A stretch of DNA of 62,285 nucleotides, filler included. It is 11 parts of 11 records of this genome, joined end to end, with 100 filler letters (N's around TTAATTAATTAA, not from the genome) between each part and the next. Parts side by side here need not be neighbours in the genome. Positions count along the whole stretch, not along the records: positions 14,199 to 21,844 come from SRR15195285_5925; positions 21,945 to 25,567 come from SRR15195285_5935; positions 25,668 to 32,514 come from SRR15195285_5940; 8 more parts are not named here. One strand, given 5' to 3'. The translations under genes and the position numbers were made by a program. Below, one piece after another: positions 21,844 through 32,614 of this stretch; position 1 is the first letter of the stretch; each line of letters opens with the position of its first letter. The notes beneath the pieces are model-generated. The model worked only from the letters and a program-made list of their open reading frames with translations. It did no database searches and was not told the origin of the DNA.

Positions 21844-21944
21844 CNNNNNNNNNNNNNNNNNNNNNNNNNNNNNNNNNNNNNNNNNNNNTTAATTAATTAA
21901 NNNNNNNNNNNNNNNNNNNNNNNNNNNNNNNNNNNNNNNNNNNN

Positions 21945-24307
21945 CCATCGTTGTCTTCATTCTCGCGTCCACTACTAGTATCGCCAGCACCAAGTCCAGC
22001 GCGTCCGTTCTTAAATGAAGCCGCAGCCCCGCCCAGCCGGTTCCGATCGACATTTGGGTCCGCCCGCGGGGACTTGACCGCTTTCGTTTTAGCTCTGACT
22101 TTCTTTGATGCCGCCTCGGGCTCCGGCTCTGGCTCCGGCTCCGGAGGCGTGTACTCCCCAAGATCCAACTTCCCATCCTCATCCACAATCGGCTCGACGT
22201 CCTCAGCTTCTTTGAGTATGAAGTTCGACTCGCCACCGTCTCGGATAGCGGTTTTAAGTACAGGCTTGTCGTACGAATCCACCCCTGTCATTTTGATGAC
22301 GATACTTCGGAACAGGGAGCCAAAGAAGGCAGTGTAGTGCGCTTCTGAAACACCAGAAGCCCAGTAGTCGACCAGCTCGAACATGGAGCGTTCGAATGCT
22401 TCATAGGTCATCTTGTAATTCTCACTATCGTCTGTGCACAAGCACTCCGCGAACTCTTCTGCAGAGATGACACCACTCCCATCGTCATCTATCATTCCGA
22501 ACACCTCGCGCATGTCGGAATCGCTCACATCATCTGTTGTGAGCCCGGATTCGGCACGCACTGCTGCGGTAAACTCTGCACAGTCAAGCCCCCCCGACCC
22601 ATCCTCGTCGAATTTTTCGAAAAGCTTCTTCCAACCGTATTTACTCACCTGCTGAGAAGAGGCCTCTTTAATCGCGTTCATGCACCGGATCAGAGCCTGC
22701 TTTGACTTCGGGAGGGCTTTACCTCGTGCCTCCGCGCGCTCCTCTTCGCGCGTCAGTGCCATGAGCCAGGCGGCGAGCTCCTCGCCATCGATCTCGCCGC
22801 CCCCGTCAGCGTCCACAGCTTCGAAAGTCCGCTTCAAGTCATAATTGGAGATGTCATTGGGACCGACACCGCTCTTACGGACTGCCTCGGTAAACTCAGT
22901 CACGTCAAGCGCTCCGTTGCCATCCTGGTCCATTTGCCTGAACAGGGCAGCCCACCCTTCCTTCTGTACAACCTCCTCGGATTTTGACTGCAACACCTGC
23001 TTCACCTTGATGAACCACGAGTTGATGGTTGCATCACTGCTAAACCTAGCTACGTCTTCAGTCCAGTCCACGAGCGCAGCGTCTTCGGCCTCTTCGCGCG
23101 ACCAGTCGGCACCTTTCTCCGACAGCGCTTTGCCCAAGGCGCAGTGATAACGCGTGTAGGCAGTCAGCGTTACTTCGGGCGCAGTATAAGTGGAGGAGGG
23201 ACCAAGCCGTTTTGGCGAGTCTTTGCACAGCGCCTCAGCCAACTCCGTGGCCGAGATCGCGCCGCTGTCATCGTCGTCGATCATCTTGAACACCTCCAAC
23301 AAGTCTTCGTCACTCGCCTCCTTGGTGGATATTCTACACGAGCGTACCACCTCTGTGAATTCCTGTGCATCCAGCCCTCCAGACCCGTCATCGTCGAATT
23401 TCTCGAAAAGCTTCTGCCAGCCAAGGACGGCCACGAACTCTTCCGAAGCGTCACGGATGGCATCCATGCACTCCAGCTGAGCCTTCTTCTTCTCAGACAG
23501 AGCTTTGCCCTTTGTCCTCGCACGTTCCGCCTCTTTGTCTAGTTTGACCAACCACGCTGCGAACTCGTCGCCATCAACCTCACCGCTCCCGTCGTCGTCC
23601 ACAGCTTGGAACGTCGCCTGCAGATCCGCGTCGGATATGTCCTTCGCTTCCACACCAGACTTACGGACTGCCGCGGTAAACTCCTCGACGTCAAGTGTGC
23701 CGCCACCATCTTGATCCATCAGTTCGAACAGCGCCTTCCAGCCCTCTTTCTGAATGACCTCGTCGGACTGTCGCTGCAGCACAGCTTTCAGCTTGATGAG
23801 CCATACGGACTCGACGAGAAGCAGGTCCCACATCCGCCTGATCATGGACTTGATCTTGGGCGCGTTCCGCAGGTCCATTTTCATAGCAAGCTGTGGATTT
23901 TCCTGCCGCAGCCGCTGCTCCATCTCTTGCGCAGCAGTGGAAACGTCCGCTCCGACCTCGTCAGAGTGCTTCTGCGCGAGGTATTTCGCCGCGTTGAATG
24001 CTGACACGATCGTGTGCACATCTGTTCTGGCGTCCAACTGCCCGAGGGAGCTTTTGACCAGCGCCACCTGCTTGTCGACGGACACCACCTCCCGCTTGTT
24101 GTGGCCCTCTTTTCTGCGGAGCTCGCGGGCTTGGGCCACCCGGTGCTTGGCCTTGGCAGCGAATCGGAGTGCCATCATGCCCCCTGCCATCGATGGCGCC
24201 GCCTCCTCCTCGGCGGGCGCCAGATTCTTCTTGCGGGCCCTCAGCTTGGCAGCAAATCGTGCCACGTTCAGCCCGGCGCCCATGCTGCCGCCCTTCTCGA
24301 ACTTCAT
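21945..24307 (-). CDS. Calcium-binding protein with 8 EF-hands (two duplicated 4-EF cassettes), 3'-truncated
   Basis: Loops DQDGGGTLDVEE, DDDGSGEVDGDE, DDDGSGGLDAQE, DDDDSGAISATE, then DQDGNGALDVTE, DADGGGEIDGEE, DEDGSGGLDCAE, DDDGSGVISAEE. An EPEPEP tract lies near the end. Confidence 0.92.
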
Positions 24308-26381
24308 GGCAGCACTGGCAGAGTTGCCCTTCCGTCAGTGCCGCCGTCCGAACAAGCCCACGTTGCGCTCAGACCATCAGCTATCCTCACTCCACGTCAA
24401 CTCCCGGTGAGTGGTACACAGCGGCTGTATACCCACCGTGCTGCTGCGAGGAGGCCCTCAGGCGCTGCTCGGGCCGGCCACGGCGGTCCAGCACACGAAT
24501 GACGCTGCCGCTCCCGGGAAACCTACCACCGCATCCCCCAAGCCAGCCCGACGTCTCTGCCCTGTGAACCTCCAACCAACGCGCGGCAGCTTTCGGCAGA
24601 CTCTGTCTCCCTCTCCCCTGCCAAGGGCTACCGTTCTCCAGCCCCAAAAGCAGCAGGCCCAGCAGTCCTGCACCGCCGCAAACCAACCACCACCCAAAAC
24701 CGCAACCCTCCCCACACCCCACTGTCCTCCCTCCCCTCACATCTCCTAGCTACCCATCATACCATCTAACCCAACTCGCTACCCTTCAACCCACACGGCG
24801 ACTCTAGTAAAGTGTGCTGCGCACCCACCGTGATATTGGCCGAGAATGCAACCAAAACCACTGGCGCGACGGTCCGCCTGCCTGTCCAGAAACCACCCCT
24901 ACCGCTACCCTTCAACCCCCCCGACCTCCGCCGCCACACCCTCGCCACTCTCGCTCCACGCCTGCTCTCAGACGGCGAAACGTCCGCGTAACGGCTGTAT
25001 AACGGCTGTATAACGTTCGCGGTGGCCACCAGGGGCAATTTCAGCACGCCCTCCAAGTGCTCCTCAGGGCACCGTCGATTCTCAGTGCATGTACAGTACT
25101 ATTCACACATGTATCGCACACAATTTCGACGAGATGAGGTGGGTGCTCCAGAATGGTGCGATTTTCCGGTACGCAGACTGCGCAAAACTCTGAAAAGAGA
25201 ATTGACCTGGACGGCATGCTGTTCTGGTGGGTGCTGGTCGGTCAAGCCCCCACCCATGCAGAAAAGACGCACTCGAGATTTCCGCCGAAGTTCGGGCAGC
25301 ACCTGGACGGTCAGTCTGCCGGTTCGATCATCAGACACGGTAACCCATTGTCTATTGCTTATTTGTACCGTATCATTCAATCATGTTGAAAAGTTTCAAT
25401 GTGGATGAGAGGAAATCATGATCTGGACAAAAATGCTTCCGCTCGCGGAAAAATGCAGACGGTTTCCGGTCGCAGTTTCCGCTCGCGAGTTCCGCACGCC
25501 GGATCGAGGATCTCAGTGCAGCTTCATGAGTGTTCGTTTTGTGAAGCCAAATGAAATTGTCATTGTCNNNNNNNNNNNNNNNNNNNNNNNNNNNNNNNNN
25601 NNNNNNNNNNNTTAATTAATTAANNNNNNNNNNNNNNNNNNNNNNNNNNNNNNNNNNNNNNNNNNNNCTGCAGTTCTCAGTGAGTTTTCCGTACTCCACA
25701 AGAATCCAACACGGATGTGGTGATGAGACACACTTGAACCTAGAACGTGAGATGGCCACGCACGAGGGAGCGGCTTAAGGAGGAGACGCTTGTGAGCAGG
25801 AGGAGGAGACGCTTGTGAGGCGCTGCTCTGAGAGCGGCTGAGCGCTCTGGCGGCGGGTCGGGAGGACGCGGACGCTGGGCTTGGTCGGGGGGGTAGGTGG
25901 GAGGGTGTGGCCCACTGGCCCACTGGCCCCGTGGACGGCGAGGTTGGGCGCTTGCGATGCGATGGGAGGGAGGGTTGCTGGCTATGGTGGCTGAGAGAAG
26001 CGCCCCTGCCGCGTGTAGACACTGTTGACTGGGCCGCGTCCGGACGGTCTTGCTTGGGAGGTGAGGCGGTCGGCAGGCCCTGAGATGTGAAGGCAGGCTG
26101 GGCTGGGCTGAGAGGGTCTTGCTGGTGTCTCGAGACACTCGTGGGAGCGCCGGTCGACGGAGGGTCCCCGGAGAGAAGCTCGTCTGGAAGGTAGAGGAGG
26201 TGGATGGCGGGTGGGTAGCGGTAGTGAGTGGAGATGTGATGCGATGGGCTAGTGGGCGGTCGTTGGGCCCCCTCGATGTGTGTACACATCCCGGGATGAG
26301 GAGGGGCTGAGGTGGGAAGTTGTGCGTGAGCGGAGTGAGCGCGTGAACGGGGCTGCCTCGGAAAGTCGCGGCACGCGCAGC

Positions 26382-29300
26382 ATGGGGGACGACAACGTGT
26401 CGTTTTCGATGGGAAACTCGTCCACGGAGAACGCCTCCACCCTGTGGCCATCGTCGTCGATGACAGACCACAGCATCGTGCCCATATGGTCGTTCGCGCT
26501 CTTCCTCCTCGCCTACCTCGTGGTTTCTGCGACCATTCGCCGCAGGTACCGCTGGCGGCGGCAGATGATTGAACAGGTACTGAGGGGGGTCGAACAGAAG
26601 CGAGCGGGCGGAGAGGAGGTGCACTGGCCACAATCGCGTCCCGAAGCGGCAAGTGTGCGCGACAAGGACAGCCCCGTCACACCTCCGAAGGACCCCAGCC
26701 CGAAGAAAAGTGGAAAGAAAAATAGCAAGAAAGAGAAGGATGGGCGTCGAAGCAGTTCGCCGAAGTCTCCTCGAGAGTCATCGCTGGAGCGATCGCTCTC
26801 AGAAGACCAGGATCTCGCGCAAGCCGGCAGTCTTGGGACATTTGAAGTGGAAGGGTGCTCCGCAGACGAGCTCCAGGAAGGCTCCACGAGAGCCCAGCCC
26901 GGAGGACCCTCCGCATCGCCTGGGGCAACATTCGATGTCGAAGCCACCCCTGCGGAGCGGACCGCAGACATCGGTGCACCTTCGCGCAGCTCGAGTGCGC
27001 TGGTGCGAACGGTCACTGTCATGGATATGGGGCCAGGTGCCGCGCCTGAAAACGCGGAAGCAGCGGCGGAGATCCGCAGCGAAATCGAGACAGAGCGTGA
27101 AAAGGAGAAGCGGCTGCCTGCCTTTCAGCGCTTTGTCCACCATTTGTCAGGGAATCTAGAGGGTCTGCTGCTCACGCAAGAGTTTGGCGTCGAAGCAGGC
27201 TTTTACCTTGCGCTGGTTTGGATGTTCGCACGATTTGCCCTCTGCTTGTCGATCCTTGCTTTGCCGCTGGCGGCGTTCTACTACCAGTACGGCGACAGGC
27301 AGAATGCCGACCTTTCATGTTTCACTGCAGCCAACCTAGCGAAGGGCTCGTCAGCAACTGGGATGACTGTCGTTGCGGCCTGTGTTGTTCCAGTGCTAGC
27401 ACAGGGCTTGTGTGTGTATGTGTGGTCTCGCCTGCAAAAGCTGAAGTATTCAACGTCAGAGGCACGGAAGGAGGCTTTGTCCGGTTCAACGCTGATGATT
27501 GACGGGTTGCCAAATGATATTACTGCGGATGACAGATTGGTAGACTTTCTGGAGCTCTTGGTGCCGGGGTGGATCAAGAACGCTCATATTGCTTTGGATC
27601 TTGAAAAATTGATTCACATAGAGCGAAGGCTTGCCGTGGCGCGCCACGACCACTCACGGGCCGTGGAGTCAAGGGGCAGTTGCAGTGGGTCTGGCAGAGT
27701 ACGGAAAGCAGAAAAGCTCGTCAGTAAGCTCGAGCGCGAGGAGGAGGAGACGCGTACTACTGAGCTCAAAGGCACGGGGATTGCCTTCGTCACGTTCTTC
27801 TCACTGCGTCGAGCGATGGAATTCAAACGAGCTATATCAGTGAAGGAGGTCCCACGGATATTTGATTCGCCTGACTCGGCGGGTCAAGAGGAAACGAAGC
27901 AGACCGTCGAGGCGAGCGAAGCGAATCGATCAAGCCCGAGCAAAAAGGGTCCCGGAATTTCGCTGTCGGGTGCACCAGAGGCAGAAGAGCTCAACCTGTT
28001 CGGATGGAAGATTGAGGTCGCACCAGATCCGTCGGACATCCTGTGGGAAAACTTGAGAATCTCACCAGAATCGCGGAAGCGACGAAGGCGGTCATCGAGA
28101 GCTCTCCTGCTCTCAATCCTGCTGTTTGGTTCAGCGCTGGTTCTACTAGGAGTGTTTTTTCTTGGCTTCCATTACGTAAATTTGGTGTATAATATTGAAC
28201 CTGCGGCGCATGTGACTGAGGGTCTGTCACAGGTCGGTGATGGATTAGCCGAAGTCTTTGGCGGCGCGTACTGGCTGGTCTTTCTCGCACCGCCAGCGGT
28301 CTTTCTGGGGCTTATTGCCTCCGTGCCGATGATTGCGAAGAAGCTTATTGCAATTGAGAAGCATTTCACACGCTCTGCAGTGATGCAGTCCTACGTTGCG
28401 AAGAGCTTCGCGTTCTACTTGCTCCTCAACCTTGTCTTGACGTCTTGCTCTTGGGTGGTCATCGTCACACAGTCAGAGGAAATGGAAGGTTGGATGTCGA
28501 AGATGCAGATATTTGCTGACCTTTCTGGCACGTTTCATATCTGTGTGGTGCTTACGGAGGCGTTTGTAATGGCACCACACCGTATGTACCGTGGATGGAA
28601 CTTGCACGCCGGCGTGAAGTGCGTCTCGTTGCGGGCACCGTCGTTCCCGACTCCTGCGCTACCTTTCAACCCAACCCTGAAATCGGATGAAATGGACGAT
28701 GATGCGGTGTTGCTATTTGACTTCTCAAAGCAGTATGCCGAGATCTTCTCGATCTTTGCAATGCTGCTGGCGTATGGCCCACTCGTGCCGTGCGTACTCC
28801 CAGCTGGGTGGCTGTACTTCGAAATCTTATTGGCGACAGACCGGCAGGTGCTGCGCGAGCAGTTCGCGAAGCACCGCACGGAAGATAAGCGAATTCGCAC
28901 CATAACATCTCATATTCAGTGGTCCGCCGTGGCAGCGCAGTTTGTCCCATTCGCATTTATCGCAGTGCATGGGACAGAGGTCGGTGTCATCGCGTTATCC
29001 GTGTTGGCGGTGTGGACCCTGATAACGTACATTCTCTACATTGATCATGCGGACAACCATGGGAAGCTCTTCTACAACAAGTTGGAGCGCTGCCTCCCGT
29101 GCGCGGAGACTGGCAGGTCTGCACGCGCACAAGTGGGGATTTCCTTCACGGTCAGCGTCGATCCAGCCAGCTTGCGGACAAATAGCGCCCCAACAGTGCG
29201 TACAGTGCTTTGATGCTTGTTCCTGCCATTTGACCTAGTCTGCCATTCAGAGTTCGACTGCATACTAACTTTGCTGAGGGGTAATTGTAGCGTGACTTTG

Positions 29301-30127
29301 GACAACTGTCTCTGGCGCGAAAGGACGCGGAGAGCCAAGTGTCATCGTCTGCAGGTGGTGATATTTCACCACTAGACAATGTTGGAAATCCACTTGTCTC
29401 ACAAGATGGCAGCACCAGCCCGAGTGTCCGCGGAGACGACGATCACATCGCTCCCGCAGTGGATTCGCCCTACTCTCATCCGCTCGGTGCGCACGACTCC
29501 ACAGCCAGTCTCTGTAGCTCCTACTCGCGTTCATGCGAGGTTCATCGCTAGGCCACACCGATGCCACCGTCGTTTGCTTGTCGGCTTGACTTGAACTGCA
29601 TACGTGCAGAAACAGCAGTGTCAATGGACTCGCCAGCGCTCGGGTCGATTGTACCTGCTTCTGGCCCGACCACTTTCGACCTAGACGACATTCGCCCTAC
29701 GCCACTGGAGCTTGACGGTCCTAATAGCGACCAGGTTGACCAGAAGAAAAAGAAGAAGCGCCTGGATGGGTTCGGTCTGCGTAGAAAAAAGGTCGACATG
29801 ACACCTGCCGGCGCAATGGAGATGCCAGGCGCCGAAGACGAGCTGTCACCTCATACCCAAGCCTTGGATCAAACGATGACTCAGTTCCAAGGTAAGGGGA
29901 GTTTCCCTAAGCGAGGGGCCTCTCTGAAGCCTACAATAAGCTCAGACATCGCCATGCAGAGGGTCCAACCGACGAATGCCGCAGAGGCCTATCATCTTGG
30001 AGGTGCAAAGTTGACAGATGGGCTGCCGCGCTTAACGAGTAGAGACGATGGCAATGGCGGCGCCGAGGGCATGTCGTTTTCGGCATTCGACGACATGTTA
30101 TCTACCGCCACTGTAGGAAGAGAATGA
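26382..30127 (+). CDS. OSCA/TMEM63 (CSC1-like) mechanosensitive cation channel, 3 exons
   Basis: Motifs EAGFYL, GSTLMIDGLP, GTGIAFVTF, WKIEVAPDPSDILWENL, IEKHFTRS, FDFSKQYA...LAYGPLVPCVLPAGWLYF. Probable introns 29133-29290 and 29487-29609 give a C-tail containing SPYSHPL. Confidence 0.88.
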
Positions 30128-30269
30128 GGGCAGCAGAGCGGTGTTCCAGTGTCAAGCAGTAATCGACACCTGTGGCTTGTTTGGATGGATGTCTGCATTG
30201 CCACTGGGCCCCCCATACCCCCACACTCGCTCACGCTCTTCCTTCTGCTCTGCGAATAGCAGGTGCTCA

Positions 30270-32323
30270 TCATCTTTCCATAAGCTGCCGTCCATATTAA
30301 GCAATGCAGCGGCAAAGGGGCGGCGGTGGTGAGCAGTGGCGGGTTATAGTATGAGAACAGAACTAGGGCAGAGCAAACTCATTGCGTCGGTGGCTTACCG
30401 CTGCAGGCGCCATAGTCGCTGTGTCACTCGCGTATTCCTCGTCTTGTACTGTATTGGTAGTACCATGCTCTTCCTGCTCGTGCTCTTCCTCTTTCTGTGC
30501 ATTTGGATCACTCCATGGCATGAAGTCTGTGTGGTCCTTGTAGTGGAAGTTGCTCTGTGTAAGGTAAGGCGAAGCCCAGCCCTCGCCGTGGACACCCGCG
30601 ACTCTCTCCACAGCCTTGCCACAGCACAGGCACATGGCCATCTTCGGGTGGCAGTAGTGCGAACGAAAGAGACAGCCGCAGCACGGCTGCTTTCCGCAGC
30701 AGACAAGCTTTGTCTCTACAGGTACAGTGCAACTCTGCAAGCACGGACAGCAGTTTGGACACCTGCCAGCACGCGCAAACATTACATGCGGATTGCGTAA
30801 GACACAGCCGTGCAACCGATCTAGGCGGCACTGGTATGGCTACTGCAGCAGCTCGCGCCAATATGCTCAGGAACGTACCGTGGGCATGCCACCTGCGGAC
30901 AGCGTGGGCATTTCGGGCAGTTGTAGCAGCACTGAGGACAGGCTGGTATGAGCGTGCAGACGTAGCATTGGCAAGCGCATCCAGTGCACCAAGCTGCGGG
31001 ATCGCATCTCTGGCCACGACAGCCCTCGCAAGGCCGACACTTGCAACTGTACGGCATCCAGCTCCAGCAGCTGAAGAAACACGGGATCTGGCACTTGACT
31101 AGATCGTCGAGGCATGGAAGGCACTCCAGGCACGATTCCACGGTCTGACCGCACAGACACGGGCCGCATACGCTGCAACTGTCCAGACACGGCTCGGCGG
31201 CAGACCAGCACGGCAGGGACACGAGCGTAGCGTAGCACGGCAGAAAGCGCAACTGCAGTACGAGCTGCCACAAAGACATGTCTGCGTGACAACTTGAACC
31301 GTCCACGGGATTTCTGGTCATATCCTCACCCAGCGCATCGAGGTCGCAGCATCGCGGCTCGAAGCACTCGTTGCAGCACACGCAGCACACGCAACTGTTC
31401 AGCATCAGCCGGCAGTTATCGAGAGGGTTCTGCGGGTCGCCAACACGATCTACGGTGTAACCGTGGCCTCGCGGCACAAAGTCGTACGCGAACCCATCTG
31501 GCAGCTTGGGAAGCTGCGCAGAATCTGGCACCGCTGTACAGTACATGCCACGTTTGTCACTGATCCCAAACACGCCAACATTTTGGAATGATTTTGGCAT
31601 ACTCTCCAGCGGTTCCGGAGCAGTGGCAAACTCTGCGCCACGGAAGCACAACCCACCTTCCCACGGGTAAGCCACACCGTCTCCGTCCGTATCTATGTAG
31701 CTCGAAGCTGCTGGAGCACCAGCACCCTCCCCTGGCTTTGACTCTGAGGCACCGTCTGCAACCGCGTTGGTGCTGCCATCGCTAAGAGGCACCAGTCTCA
31801 ACCCGTCAGGCTCCTCCCCCTGCTCCTGTTGCTGCTCGTTCTCTTCGGCATGCTGCTCCTGCTCTTGCCCCTGTACTGCAGGCTCCGCCAGCGTGCTACG
31901 AGATGGCAACGGCGGCGGCCCGTCTCGTCCTGGCAACGGCGGCGGTCCAGCTTCTCGAGGAGGAAGTGCTGGCGCTCGCCCTCGCGGCGAGGCGAACTCT
32001 TCTAGCGGACCAAGCGTCTTCACGAAATCCTTCGGGAAGATCCCCTTCTGCGCCCGGTCCCGCTCGAGGTACCCACGCCACCAGTTGCGCGACGGATCAT
32101 ACTTGGTCATCACCACGCGATCGCCCACATTCAAGCTCAGGTCTCCCGGCTGCTGCGACGGGAACCTCTTGATCGCCTCGCCCAGCTTTGGCTCGTAAGC
32201 ACGCGACGTCGTCGACATCCGGCTCGACACCCGCGACACGCCGCTCACTGTGTTGTGCGGCGAGGGTGGCGGCGGCATCAGGGGCACCATGGAGGGCTCC
32301 TCCGGCGCGCTATTGTCCGCCAT
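30270..32323 (-). CDS. SH3-domain protein with Pro-rich motifs and an extremely Cys-rich C-terminal half, 3 exons
   Basis: SH3: EAIKRFPSQQPGDLSLNVGDRVVM...NWWRGYL...KGIFPKDFV. PxxPxR motifs PALPPR, PPPLPGR and PPPLPSR. Introns 30878-30763 (GTACGT..CAG) and 30398-30285 (GTAAGC..CAG) give the ending APAALMER*. Confidence 0.82.
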
Positions 32324-32614
32324 CAACGAGAGCGGCAGCGAGGGCGTTGGCCTCCGTGATTTCTGATCTTGCCAACGCAATACAGCTGTACTGTACTGAT
32401 TACCGGTACCGTAGTCTCTATTCATAGTTTATACTGTTTCGTCTACAGGGCCCGCCCAAATCGCGCGCGGCGGGTCAGAGAGGGGCACAGCCCTTTGAGA
32501 TCAATAGTTTGAGTNNNNNNNNNNNNNNNNNNNNNNNNNNNNNNNNNNNNNNNNNNNNTTAATTAATTAANNNNNNNNNNNNNNNNNNNNNNNNNNNNNN
32601 NNNNNNNNNNNNNN

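Noticed and set aside
25612-26652. Long minus-strand ORFs (346 and 297 aa) and similar antisense ORFs (18402-19382, 12660-13568, 45363-46355, 57509-58531, 59339-60414)
   Set aside because: They are low-complexity Pro/Ser/Arg translations lying antisense to well-supported genes or G-rich leaders, as expected from GC-rich shadow ORFs.
28677-28691. LKSDE in the OSCA channel as a second LKxDD junction
   Set aside because: It is an imperfect match lying within a loop of a single membrane domain, not between independent modules.
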